DNA from: a bacterium
GTDB lineage: Bacteria > Babelota > Babeliae > Babelales > RVW-14
Assembly: GCA_043822925.1 (NCBI GenBank)
Contig: JBDRBF010000055.1
Coordinates: forward strand, 1 to 63,876
Direction: 5' to 3'
DNA: 63,876 nucleotides
Shown here: piece by piece, positions 1 to 9,328 of the stretch
Layout: every line of letters starts with the position of its first letter
Numbering within the stretch: the stretch's first letter is position 1
Translations under genes and position numbers: made by a program
The notes under the pieces: model-generated
Database searches by the model: none
What the model saw: the letters and a program-made list of their open reading frames with translations, nothing else
What the model was told of the DNA's origin: nothing

Positions 1-200
1 ACGTCATGTAGCTTGTAACCGACATCTTTAAGAGATTGCCTGTATTTGTCACTGAGTTTATTGTAGCCGACGGTAAAAAGAATGTGAAAGTCGTTAGATA
101 ATCCCAATCTTTGATTTCTTTGGCCAACAAATAAGAGTGGGATTGTGTTTTCAAAATCAACTTCGTTTGTGTTGCAGTATGCGACTATAACGTTTTTCAT
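1..200 (-). CDS. hypothetical protein, N-terminal part only (runs off the window start)
   Basis: ATG at 200-198 on the minus strand opens an uninterrupted frame to base 1 (MKNVIVAYCNTNEVDFENTIPLLFVGQRNQ...). It lies 11 nt downstream of the stop of the co-directional gene at 212-1102. No family recognised. Confidence 0.35.
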   Translation of the reverse strand, partial: MKNVIVAYCNTNEVDFENTIPLLFVGQRNQRLGLSNDFHILFTVGYNKLSDKYRQSLKDVGYKLHD

Positions 201-211
201 GTGATTTCTTT

Positions 212-1102
212 CTAAACTTTTTGCCAGTTAAGATGTGCGACGTGTGGCTGTCTGTTTTTTTGTCCATCAAGAGCTTGTGGGCTTGACAGACATTCTTCGA
301 TAGTTATTTCTGGCAGAATATCTTTTGCAAGTTCTTCTTTTACGAAAAAAGCATTAAATCCATATTTATTACAAGCAACCAATCTGTAGCCCTTACTTTT
401 GGCCAGTTTTACGAATGCTGCCAAAGATGCGCCACAAAAGTCTTCGTGAATGTTAAATCTGTTAAATTCTGGACTATAGGGGACTGTGACTGCGTGCTCG
501 CTTGTCCAAATATTCATGTATTCGACGACTACAATGCGCGGCTGTACCGTTTCGATGTTTTTCCAAACCCAATAGTCAACGCCGTCAATGTCGAGCGATA
601 AAAGATCTATTTCTCCTGAATATCCATTTTTTTCTAATATATTATTAACGTTCTCTGCTGTTATCCAGGCGTTAGTTATGTTTGGGGGATAAATAAATGT
701 ATCAGGATGGGAAGAAAAAAAACTTTTTGCAGGAGTTATCTCATGTTCTGATCCACAAACTAATAGTCCGGTCCAGTTAAAGTTACAAATAAGATTGGTT
801 ACGTTAGAGCCATGGGGGTTTGCAAAGGCAATATCGACGCATTTTTTATTTGTTGTGCCGATGAGTGCAAATAAATAAAGTAAAATGCCATCTTCATCAT
901 TTTGTGAAAAATTTCTAAAGCCAACGTCGTGAACACTTGGTAATGGCTTTTTTTCTGCTAATAATTGCTTGTAGTATAAATAGAGCTGTTTTTGTTCTAT
1001 TTGTGATTGAGCAGGGGCTTGATGATTATGTGTTATCTTTTCTGGTTGTGCGAGAAATGGTGAGAGCGTTTTTTTTATGGCGTTTTTTACGTGGTTTTTC
1101 AT
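212..1102 (-). CDS. FkbM-like / class I methyltransferase-fold protein of the glycan cluster
   Basis: 296-aa ORF. The motif FSQNDEDGILLYLFALIG...CVDIAF...GSNVTNL...WTGLLV resembles the SQxGED...GA...SNT...W.G pattern of FkbM-type methyltransferases. Last full gene of the long minus-strand string. Confidence 0.4.
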   Translation of the reverse strand: MKNHVKNAIKKTLSPFLAQPEKITHNHQAPAQSQIEQKQLYLYYKQLLAEKKPLPSVHDVGFRNFSQNDEDGILLYLFALIGTTNKKCVDIAFANPHGSNVTNLICNFNWTGLLVCGSEHEITPAKSFFSSHPDTFIYPPNITNAWITAENVNNILEKNGYSGEIDLLSLDIDGVDYWVWKNIETVQPRIVVVEYMNIWTSEHAVTVPYSPEFNRFNIHEDFCGASLAAFVKLAKSKGYRLVACNKYGFNAFFVKEELAKDILPEITIEECLSSPQALDGQKNRQPHVAHLNWQKV

Positions 1103-1122
1103 TTTATTTTGTCTCTTTATTT

Positions 1123-2148
1123 TTAGATTTTAGTTTTTTTATAATATTTGCTGAGCCAATCATGTGTCTTTTGTATGCCTTGTGTATAAGAAATAGCAGG
1201 CTTGAAGTTTAAAAGTTTTTCGGCTCTGGCCAGATCTGATGTGAAAATTAGTTGGTCTCCTGGGCGCCATGTATCAAATTTATAGGTAATTTTTTTCTTT
1301 GTAATATTTGAAAGTACATCAAAAAACTGCAAAAGAGAGAGTGTGTTATTTTTGCCACCACCAATATTAAACGCGAGCCCCTTAGCTTTTTCAATATTGT
1401 TAATTGCTCGTTCGTAAAAATGTACAAGATCAGAGACAAATAAAACATCTCGAACTTGTTTGCCGTTACCGTAAATAGTAATTGGTTTGTTAGTAAGAAT
1501 GGCAATAATAAACCAGGCGATCCAGCCTTGGTCTTCTATGCCAAATTGATGTGGGCCATAGATGCACGATTGTCTGACTGAAACTGTTTTGAGTCCATAA
1601 ATGCGTGCGTAATCGAGTGTGTATTGGTCGGCTATGCCCTTTGAGCACCCATAAGGTGAGTAAAAATCTAAATGTTGTTTTTCAGAGACTCCATCATAAG
1701 AAAGATCTTGGTATCTATAGCAGTCTTTTTCTTCGGTAACCGGGCGATTTTCTATTTTTCCATATACTTTGTTTGTTGATGCGTTAATAAAAATAGTATT
1801 GGGGTTGTGTATGCGAATGCATTCTAGAAGATTAAAAGTACCATGAGCATTAATGTCAAAATCGTGCCGTGGGTTTTCAACAGAGCTGGTTACGGCAACT
1901 TGTCCGGCCAAGTGTATAATTGCGTTAAATGTATGTTTTTTGAAAAAAGTTTCAAGTAATGGTCGTTGGGTTATGTCTATGTGTGTGAAATTAAATTTTA
2001 TTTTATTATCTGTCATCCATTGTAAGTTTGTGCGTGCTGTTGGGCGGGAGAGATTGTCTATAATAAAAATTTCGTGCCCGAGTGTAGCAAAATGTTGAGC
2101 AGTGTTGCACCCTATAAACCCTGCGCCACCGGTTATTAAAATTTTCAT
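1123..2148 (-). CDS. NAD-dependent sugar epimerase/dehydratase (extended SDR, CDP-paratose 2-epimerase-like)
   Basis: MKILITGGAGFIGCN Rossmann motif and a YGCSKGIADQY catalytic YxxxK. The ORF track starts 5 codons earlier (2163); the ATG at 2148 has a GGGGA upstream. Confidence 0.75.
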   Translation of the reverse strand: MKILITGGAGFIGCNTAQHFATLGHEIFIIDNLSRPTARTNLQWMTDNKIKFNFTHIDITQRPLLETFFKKHTFNAIIHLAGQVAVTSSVENPRHDFDINAHGTFNLLECIRIHNPNTIFINASTNKVYGKIENRPVTEEKDCYRYQDLSYDGVSEKQHLDFYSPYGCSKGIADQYTLDYARIYGLKTVSVRQSCIYGPHQFGIEDQGWIAWFIIAILTNKPITIYGNGKQVRDVLFVSDLVHFYERAINNIEKAKGLAFNIGGGKNNTLSLLQFFDVLSNITKKKITYKFDTWRPGDQLIFTSDLARAEKLLNFKPAISYTQGIQKTHDWLSKYYKKTKI

Positions 2149-2184
2149 ATTTTTTATCCCCATTATTTATTGGGTTGTTTTTTG

Positions 2185-3243
2185 TTATTTATTGAGAGCT
2201 AACTTTTGATACGCTTTAGGCAGTTTTTTGAGCACGACATCAAAATCTTTGTCGGGGACTCCCTGTGCACCAATATCCCAGAGATATTTTGCTAGGTCTG
2301 GGTTTCTATCTAAGACATGTTCCATTCCAAGGCGAGATTGATAGTACAGGCTCCACATTTCATCAGGAATTAGTGGGGCTTTTTCTCCTGTTAGGCGCTT
2401 TATTTTTGCTTTAAAATAATGTGTTATTAATTTTTTTATTATAAAAGTTTTTGGTTTTTTAAAGTTAAGTTCTTTGAGATTTATTTGTGTTAAAGCTGTG
2501 CAGTGGCCTTCTCCAACCATGCGCGAGACCCAAAAATCTTTAGAGAGTCTGAATGGTGGGATAATATGTTCTATAATAATTTTAGGAGAATAAATAACCG
2601 AATATCCGGCGCGTTTGCATAAAACACAAAAGCCATAATCTCCAGGGCCGATATACAGTTTTTTAAATGTTTTGTTTGCTTGGTTTGTTTCTACGCCAAC
2701 CGTATCTGGCGGGAATCCATTGACAGCATCAAAGGCTGTTCTTCTAATAGCCATAAGTGGACCTGGTATTGCATCGACTTTTTTTTCTTTATCTCCTAGA
2801 TCATATAAAGAAAGCCCGTTAAAACTTTTTTGTAACTTTAAGACCCAATCAGGAGGGCTTTGTTCAAAGTGTCCCAGAATTTTGCCACCAGCGACGCCAC
2901 AGTCAGGATTTTGTGAGAATATGCGTATAATTTCTTCAAATGTTCCCGGTTTTATTAAAATATCATCATCAAGATAGGTGATAATTTCGCCATTGGCATT
3001 ATATGCACCGGTGTGCCGGGCTTTGGTGAATGATGTGTTTCCTTCAAAAACATATATTACTTTGTTTCCATAAGACAGTGCGATTGCTTTTGTTTCATCT
3101 TTTGAATTATTATCAACAATGATTATTTCAAACGATATTTTTTGTGATATTTCAAAAATATTATCAAGTACGCGTTTAAGCGACTGAGCTCTGTTGTGTG
3201 TAGGTATAATAAGAGAAAGTTTTATGTTTTCGTTAGTCTTCAT
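2185..3243 (-). CDS. family 2 glycosyltransferase
   Basis: LSLIIPTHNRAQSLKRVLDNI...IIVDNNSKDET...YLDDD (GT-A fold, DxD). Confidence 0.75.
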   Translation of the reverse strand: MKTNENIKLSLIIPTHNRAQSLKRVLDNIFEISQKISFEIIIVDNNSKDETKAIALSYGNKVIYVFEGNTSFTKARHTGAYNANGEIITYLDDDILIKPGTFEEIIRIFSQNPDCGVAGGKILGHFEQSPPDWVLKLQKSFNGLSLYDLGDKEKKVDAIPGPLMAIRRTAFDAVNGFPPDTVGVETNQANKTFKKLYIGPGDYGFCVLCKRAGYSVIYSPKIIIEHIIPPFRLSKDFWVSRMVGEGHCTALTQINLKELNFKKPKTFIIKKLITHYFKAKIKRLTGEKAPLIPDEMWSLYYQSRLGMEHVLDRNPDLAKYLWDIGAQGVPDKDFDVVLKKLPKAYQKLALNK

Positions 3244-3279
3244 GTGCTCTCCTGACTTTTTCTGAGTAAAAACGAATTA

Positions 3280-4176
3280 TTATTTGAATAAAGAATCATA
3301 ATTAACGCGATTAAAAATTTCGAGTACGCCACCTTTTGTTGCGTTAAAAATATTAATGCCTTGCGATTTTCCAAAAGTATTAAGTGCTCTGAATTGGTCT
3401 AATAAACTCAAGTACGCTCGATATTCGTCTTCAATACGATCTAAATTTGCCAGAATATCATCGGGAGTAAGTCCTAAATGGTCTACGACGCTTGCTTCAG
3501 TTTTGTAAAAGTGAGAGGCATGAGTTTCTTTATCCCAGCAGCAATCTATGCCTAATAAATAAATTTCTTTAAATCCCATTCCTATTGCAAGTTGTATTGC
3601 CATTATTGGTATACCAGTTGCTCCATAAAGCACTTGGGTAAGATTAATTTTATCTTTAAAAATTTTTTTTAAATCTTTTTTAAAGCAAGAGTAGTAAACG
3701 TTGTGTTTACTAAAAAAGCCATGCTTTAATATGAAGTTTTTATCGAAATAATTCATAAAAAGGGCTGTTTTAACGGGAACTGAATCTTCAATTTGTTTGA
3801 AAAATTTTAGCCAGTGATCATATGTTGCTTTGCCATTTAAATGGGGAGTCATGCCACTGAATAGGTGATATTTTGGGCTTATGTGTTGGTAATCTTTGTG
3901 TAAGTAAAACTGGCTTAAAAATATGCAGTGTTCATTTTTTAATTTATTTATATCGATTTTATTTATTGAAGGGCCTGTGCCCAAAATAAAGCAGCGTTGA
4001 TTCTTATGAGTATTATTTAATATTCTATTTTTATTGAGCGTTTTAAAAATTTCTGGGTCTTTATATCGTAGATAAGGGTATGAGTATTTATAATCTCTTC
4101 TGAAATTTCTAGAAAATTCAACAATTCCATATGGGGTTGTCCATTTTAGAGCTTTTTTTAGTTTTTGTATGATCAT
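3280..4176 (-). CDS. putative CMP-nonulosonate (pseudaminic acid) transferase, Cst-II (GT42)- and Maf/DUF115-like
   Basis: CFILGTGPSINKIDINKLKNEHCIFLSQFYLHKDY parallels the Cst-II N-terminus (GNGPSLKEIDYSRLP..FRCNQFYFEDKY). MAIQLAIGMGFKEIYLLGIDCCW parallels AVAIALGYKEIYLSGIDFY. It lies directly downstream of pseI. Confidence 0.55.
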   Translation of the reverse strand: MIIQKLKKALKWTTPYGIVEFSRNFRRDYKYSYPYLRYKDPEIFKTLNKNRILNNTHKNQRCFILGTGPSINKIDINKLKNEHCIFLSQFYLHKDYQHISPKYHLFSGMTPHLNGKATYDHWLKFFKQIEDSVPVKTALFMNYFDKNFILKHGFFSKHNVYYSCFKKDLKKIFKDKINLTQVLYGATGIPIMAIQLAIGMGFKEIYLLGIDCCWDKETHASHFYKTEASVVDHLGLTPDDILANLDRIEDEYRAYLSLLDQFRALNTFGKSQGINIFNATKGGVLEIFNRVNYDSLFK

Positions 4177-4215
4177 TTAATACTCTTTTTTTTGTGACTT
4201 TATACGCGTTTTTTC

Positions 4216-5274
4216 CTAAATTATAGCTTCCCATTTAATGGCTGTGCCTTTTTTTAAATCTTGTGAAACTTTTTTTCCTAAAAATTCGTCGTAATATTTT
4301 GGAGGTAAGCCAAATCCTGGTCTGACTATTCGTAAGTTATCTTGAGTAAATATGTCACCGGCTTTCATATCTTGAGCTACATACAAAGAGCGGCGATGGG
4401 CAAAAGATGTTTTTTCGTTTTCTCGTGGTCCATAGCTAACAGTTCCTAGCGCTTGCCAGGCTCGTTCAGTTTCTCGTACTAAATTTTTGAGTTCATCTGG
4501 TTCGAGTGAAAAATTTGAATCTATTCCGCCATCAGCACGGCAAAGTGTAAAATGCTTTTCTATGAATGTGGCACCCAGTGCTACACTTGCAATACTAACG
4601 CCAATTCCAAGCGTGTGATCAGAGAGTCCAATTTGACAATCAAAAAGGTCTCGCATATTGGGTATTGTTAAAAGATTCGACTGAGTTGGATTTGCAGGGT
4701 AAGAACTTGTGCATTTGAGTAAGATAAGTTCTTTGCAGCCATTGTTTTTAGCTGTATTAACAGCTTCTTCTATTTCTGAAATATTGGCCATGCCGGTTGA
4801 CATGATTATGGGTTTGCCTGTTTGGGCAACTTTTTTTATCAATGGTAAGTGTACAAGTTCAAAAGATGCAATTTTGTAGCATGGTACGTCTAGTGTTTCT
4901 AAAAAGTTGACTGCTGTTTCATCAAACGGCGTACTAAATGCTATGAGGTCAAGTTTTTTGCAAAGTTCAAATATTGGTTTATGCCATTCCCATGGGGTGT
5001 ATGCTTTTTTATACAAATCGTAAAGATAAGAGCCGTCCCAGAGATTTTGTGGATCTTGTATGAAAAAATCTTTTTCTTTAACATTTAATGTGATTGTATC
5101 TGCTGTGTATGTTTGGAGTTTTATCGCGTGAGCTCCTGCTTTTGCGGCAGCGTCGACTATTTGTAAGGCACGTTCGAGTGATTGGTTATGATTTCCAGAC
5201 ATTTCTGCAACAATAAAAGGTGTTTCACTTGGTCCTATTATATGGTCTGCGATTTTAATGTTTTTATTAGACAT
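4216..5274 (-). CDS. pseI: pseudaminic acid synthase (NeuB-family nonulosonate synthase)
   Basis: 352 aa. PFIVAEMSGNHNQSLERALQIVDAAAKAGAHAIKLQTY plus a C-terminal SAF-like domain. Context with pseB/pseC/pseH favours PseI over NeuB/LegI. Confidence 0.75.
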   Translation of the reverse strand: MSNKNIKIADHIIGPSETPFIVAEMSGNHNQSLERALQIVDAAAKAGAHAIKLQTYTADTITLNVKEKDFFIQDPQNLWDGSYLYDLYKKAYTPWEWHKPIFELCKKLDLIAFSTPFDETAVNFLETLDVPCYKIASFELVHLPLIKKVAQTGKPIIMSTGMANISEIEEAVNTAKNNGCKELILLKCTSSYPANPTQSNLLTIPNMRDLFDCQIGLSDHTLGIGVSIASVALGATFIEKHFTLCRADGGIDSNFSLEPDELKNLVRETERAWQALGTVSYGPRENEKTSFAHRRSLYVAQDMKAGDIFTQDNLRIVRPGFGLPPKYYDEFLGKKVSQDLKKGTAIKWEAII

Positions 5275-5290
5275 ATTTTCTTTCTATAAT

Positions 5291-5959
5291 TTATTTCAAC
5301 TGATTTAAAAAATTGAGATTTAGTTCTTTTAGTGAGTGTATTATATGTTCGGCTTCAAATTGTTCATTAAGTCTAACATTTTTATATGGGCCTTGAAGTA
5401 TTCGTACTGTTTTAAAACCTAGAGGTTTTATTCCCACGAAATCTTTTGTTGGATTGTCTGCAATATAAATAACTTCTTGGGGTTTTGCCATTTCTTTGGC
5501 GCATATTTTAAGAAAACAGTAGGGTGAAGGTTTTGAATTTTGTCGGCCATATCTATGAGTGATAAAGCAAAACTTTGCCTTATCAAATAACCCTAAAGCT
5601 TTTAATTTATTTCTTTGAACATTTTTATTGCCATCAGTTACGATGTAGATTGGGTAATTTTTTAAAGATAAGAAGCATGCTTGTGCATCGGGATATAAAG
5701 CTATAGTTGGTTTGTGTTGTCGATATATTGATAGACAAGAATTTACGTTTTTCTTTATATTTAACTTGTGTTTATCAAGTAACTTGTTAAAAACAAATTG
5801 CCGTCCAAATTTTAATGCATGTTCTATCATGAAAGAAAAACTTTTTTCATAAGATAAGCCATGTTTTTTTTCAAGATAATGAGCGACGGCCATGTAGCCG
5901 CTTCTCACGAACGATATTTCTTCGTAAAGAGTGTCATCTAAATCAAAAACTATGATCAT
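5291..5959 (-). CDS. HAD-superfamily hydrolase
   Basis: N-terminal MIIVFDLDDTLYEE (DxDxT motif I), later IVTDGN and a downstream ADNPTKDF motif. Confidence 0.7.
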   Translation of the reverse strand: MIIVFDLDDTLYEEISFVRSGYMAVAHYLEKKHGLSYEKSFSFMIEHALKFGRQFVFNKLLDKHKLNIKKNVNSCLSIYRQHKPTIALYPDAQACFLSLKNYPIYIVTDGNKNVQRNKLKALGLFDKAKFCFITHRYGRQNSKPSPYCFLKICAKEMAKPQEVIYIADNPTKDFVGIKPLGFKTVRILQGPYKNVRLNEQFEAEHIIHSLKELNLNFLNQLK

Positions 5960-7871
5960 CTAAAACTAAATCCTCTGCGTAACGAATTTGTTTTTTTGCG
6001 TGTTTACTTGGAATGAATTTGTAATCATCTAATGAGACATTGAGTGCTTCTAAGAAGAACCAATAGAAACTATCAAGTCCCATTTCTAGGCTTAGTGATG
6101 AGGCGCCTCCGAATCTACTATTGCATTCGATTATATGAATCTGATTATTGTTATTTATTATTACTTGAAAGACGGCATGTCCGTAGATATTGAGCATTTC
6201 AGCCCATGAGCAGGCATTTTTTTCTAGTATTTCGTGCTTTAAAACTGTTGTAATTTGTGATTCGCCATTAATAACTACGTCTCTTTTTCTTACAACTGCT
6301 CCTTTGGCTTTACCCTTTTTCCCGACAAATACGTCTATGCTATATTCTTGGCCTTCAATAAATGGTTGAAAAATTGGGGTTTCTAGATTTAATGCGTGCG
6401 TTTTTGCTTCTTGTGGTAATAAGTTAATTCCAATTTGTTTTGCTCCTGCCCCGAAGCGTTCTTTTACTACATAAGTATTACACGATATTTTTTCTAAATT
6501 TTCTGTTGTTTGAATCGCTGGTAATCCTAAAGTTGCGCATTTTTGATAAAAAAGAAATTTATCTAAACAAGCAGTAACATTTTCTAAGTCTGGAACCATA
6601 ATCGATATGCCATTTTTTTTGAAAACATTTTTATGTGTAGCAAAAAACTTTAATTCGCCGTCTCTTGTAGGGATAACACATGAAATATTGTTTTTAGTGC
6701 AAAAATTTATTATGTCTTCTGGGTTTAAATTTGATAGTTGAGGCATCAGCCAAAAAGTGTCTATAAAAAAGCGACTAATGCAATCATGATTTGCATCTGC
6801 TCCATAGATTTTTCCAATATTTCCTAATTTAGCAAATGCTTTTCTAACTGATTTAATTAGGGGGACTTTTTTAGATATGCTTGTAATTAAAACGTTAAAG
6901 TAAAGAGCTTCATCCAAATTAATAGTGGTGTTTTTTTTCTCATGTTCAATAATCATGGGAATAGTATCTTCTAATTGGAAGCTAGGCTTCCAACCAGTTA
7001 GAGTTTTGCATTTATTCATGTTTGCTTGGGATGCTTCGTATAAAATATTTGAAGAGATTTCAGTTGCATGCATATGTGGGAAGTGTTTTTTTAAAATGGT
7101 AACTACTTCATTAATGCTGCGTGCATTATCTGTTCCTAAATTTATAATCCCACTAATACCTTGTTTTGCAAATTCTAAAAGACCTCGGGCAACGTCTCCG
7201 GCATATATATAGTCAAATAGACCTTCTTTGCAATAAATTTGGATGGGTTCATTATTGAGTAATGCTCTGACCCAGCGTGAAATGATGTCCCTTGAGTCTT
7301 TTCCATAACTACGAAAGATACGAGCCATTACAATTTCGATGTTTGGTTTGAAGTTTTTTAAAAATTCGAGCTCTGCTTCATGATAAAGTTTTGCAGCGCC
7401 ACATAAGTTTCTTGGTATTATAGAATTATGCTCGTTTAATTGGAAAGCTTTTTCTTGTGGTGTTGAAAATGTGTATAAGAGTTGATCATAAATAAGATAT
7501 GAAGATGCAAAGATAATTTTTTTAAGTGATGTACAATCTTTTAAACAGTTTGTTAAATGATTGCTTAGTTTCACATTATGCTGAAAATTTTCGTCCCAAA
7601 ATGAGTAGGTCTCGGTTGAGCGTTCAAATGTAGCAGCTAAATGAAAAAAATATTCAGGTGAAAATGCGAGTAATTCTTCTTGAGATATATAATTTAAATC
7701 ACCTTGTCTATATAAAATGTTATGTGGGAAGTGTGGTGGTCGTTTTTTTAAATCGCCAACAAATATTTTTGCGCCTTGTTTGTAGAGTAAGTCAACAAGT
7801 TCAGAACCTATTACTCCGGCTCCACCGCTGATAAAAATTCGTTTATTTCTGACATGTTCGAGCATAGTCAT
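5943..7871 (-). CDS. fusion protein: N-terminal extended-SDR (epimerase/dehydratase-like) domain plus C-terminal ATP-grasp ligase domain
   Basis: N-terminal RIFISGGAGVIGSELVDLL Rossmann motif and an ASSYLIYD region. The C-terminal half has ATP-grasp features (VVKERFGAGAKQIG, QEYSIDVF, IIECNSRFGG). 642 aa in one frame. Confidence 0.7.
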   Translation of the reverse strand: MTMLEHVRNKRIFISGGAGVIGSELVDLLYKQGAKIFVGDLKKRPPHFPHNILYRQGDLNYISQEELLAFSPEYFFHLAATFERSTETYSFWDENFQHNVKLSNHLTNCLKDCTSLKKIIFASSYLIYDQLLYTFSTPQEKAFQLNEHNSIIPRNLCGAAKLYHEAELEFLKNFKPNIEIVMARIFRSYGKDSRDIISRWVRALLNNEPIQIYCKEGLFDYIYAGDVARGLLEFAKQGISGIINLGTDNARSINEVVTILKKHFPHMHATEISSNILYEASQANMNKCKTLTGWKPSFQLEDTIPMIIEHEKKNTTINLDEALYFNVLITSISKKVPLIKSVRKAFAKLGNIGKIYGADANHDCISRFFIDTFWLMPQLSNLNPEDIINFCTKNNISCVIPTRDGELKFFATHKNVFKKNGISIMVPDLENVTACLDKFLFYQKCATLGLPAIQTTENLEKISCNTYVVKERFGAGAKQIGINLLPQEAKTHALNLETPIFQPFIEGQEYSIDVFVGKKGKAKGAVVRKRDVVINGESQITTVLKHEILEKNACSWAEMLNIYGHAVFQVIINNNNQIHIIECNSRFGGASSLSLEMGLDSFYWFFLEALNVSLDDYKFIPSKHAKKQIRYAEDLVLDDHSF

Positions 7872-8424
7872 CCTTTATAATTCCGTGAATCAAAGAATCA
7901 AAAAAACAGTCGTTTTTTGTTACATGGCTTCGTAACCTGCCTTCTAGCATAAAGCCATTTTTTTCAAGAGTTTTGGTGTGCAGCAAGCGACAATCAAAGG
8001 TCTCTGTAAAGATTCTATTGAGAGATAAATCTTTAAATGTGATGTTTTTTATTAATTTTAAATATGCTGAAAAATGGGTTTTATATAAAAGATCTTCTTT
8101 TGTGTATTCTGTATTTAGAAGAAAAGAGAGTTCTGCTCGTCCAGATGTCCAATTAATATAGGTCAGGCCTCCATATCCAATACATGTGTTATCTAGTAAA
8201 AAGCTTAGTAAAATAAGCGATGGTTGCTTTTCTTGCATAGATGGTACGACAACGGTGTTAAAGTATTGTAATTGTTCTTCGTTACTTAAAATATTATTTT
8301 GTCTTAAAATATTTCGTTGGTCGTTGCGCCATTGTTTTATTAAAAAAATGTCTTGTTCTCGCAATGGGACAAGTGCATAGTTTTTCCAGGAACATATATT
8401 TTGTTTCCAGCACAGATATTTCAT
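7843..8424 (-). CDS. pseH: GNAT N-acetyltransferase, PseH-like
   Basis: LVPLREQDIFLIKQWRNDQRNILRQNNILSNEEQLQYF matches the PseH N-terminal signature (wRN...vr.....is.eeh..wf). Located inside the pse gene string. Confidence 0.6.
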   Translation of the reverse strand: MKYLCWKQNICSWKNYALVPLREQDIFLIKQWRNDQRNILRQNNILSNEEQLQYFNTVVVPSMQEKQPSLILLSFLLDNTCIGYGGLTYINWTSGRAELSFLLNTEYTKEDLLYKTHFSAYLKLIKNITFKDLSLNRIFTETFDCRLLHTKTLEKNGFMLEGRLRSHVTKNDCFFDSLIHGIIKDDYARTCQK

Positions 8425-8426
8425 AA

Positions 8427-9317
8427 TTATGTTTTATTCGTTTTATTTTTTACAAACGCAGTGATTGATCTGCCAAAATTACAATCAGCTGCTGTTTCCA
8501 TATATCGAATATATTTTTCGGTTCCTTGAGATACCAAGAAGTTATCGATTTCTATGCGCGCTTTATGCGCTTTTTTCCCTTTGTTTCTGTCTTTCCAATA
8601 ATTTGAGTTCTCATTAAAAAGATATAATTCTACTGGAAAATCGGCCAAAATCGTAACGATATCAAATTCTTGCGATAAGAATTTTTTGAGCGATACAAAT
8701 GTGAAATAATTAAGATGTGCTGGTGGTGTGAACCATGTTTCGTGATCAATATGTCCTTTTGCCAGGAGAAGCTTTTGTAGGTTTGAATAATCGTTTGGAA
8801 CAACAATACGTAGTAATGACGATTGGTGCATGATTTGTTTTATAAGAAGTAAAGATTCCATTGGATGGCTGGCGTGCTCAAGAACATGAGCAAGATTTAT
8901 GAGGTCATATGTTTTTTCTGCTTGAGATAAGCTTTGTAAAATGTCGAATAAATTTCCTTGAGTAAATGATGGCATTAATGATGGATTTTGCTTTTGTATT
9001 CCATATGAAGAGAAGTCGCAGCCTTGCACCAGCCAGTCTTTTTTAGCAAAATAATCGAGAAAGAAGCCTTCACCGCATCCAACGTCTAGCAGTGTTTTTT
9101 CTTTAGGTGTAATTGCAGAATTCACAATAGTTTCTGTGATTAAACCACGATTGAAAAAGTATTCTTTTTCTTCTGAGTCGTATTCTTTATTATAAGAAGA
9201 ATTTTTGCATTCTTGATAGTATTCTTCTGCATAAAATTTGTTTAAGTCTTGCTCTGATGGGGTCGGCGTTACATGATAAAAGCCGGTTTCATGTTTTTGA
9301 ATGTTAAATTTATACAT
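8427..9317 (-). CDS. class I SAM-dependent methyltransferase
   Basis: LLDVGCGEGFFLDYF motif I and YDLINLAHVLEH motif. Confidence 0.7.
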   Translation of the reverse strand: MYKFNIQKHETGFYHVTPTPSEQDLNKFYAEEYYQECKNSSYNKEYDSEEKEYFFNRGLITETIVNSAITPKEKTLLDVGCGEGFFLDYFAKKDWLVQGCDFSSYGIQKQNPSLMPSFTQGNLFDILQSLSQAEKTYDLINLAHVLEHASHPMESLLLIKQIMHQSSLLRIVVPNDYSNLQKLLLAKGHIDHETWFTPPAHLNYFTFVSLKKFLSQEFDIVTILADFPVELYLFNENSNYWKDRNKGKKAHKARIEIDNFLVSQGTEKYIRYMETAADCNFGRSITAFVKNKTNKT

Positions 9318-9328
9318 ACGTCTGTTCT

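Noticed and set aside
937-1212. Many 60-170-aa ORFs in the six-frame track lie antisense to, or out of frame within, larger well-supported genes. Examples: 937-1212, 1248-1505, 2672-2977, 6925-7212, 10679-11188, 11688-12041, 16963-17283, 18326-18649, 18783-19331, 42951-43250, 50242-50553, 50736-51098, 54781-55188, 57186-57704, 62561-62866.
   Set aside because: Each is fully overlapped by a longer ORF with clear family motifs. Their translations are low-complexity or Leu/Phe/Ile/Cys-rich, as expected for shadow frames in AT-rich DNA.
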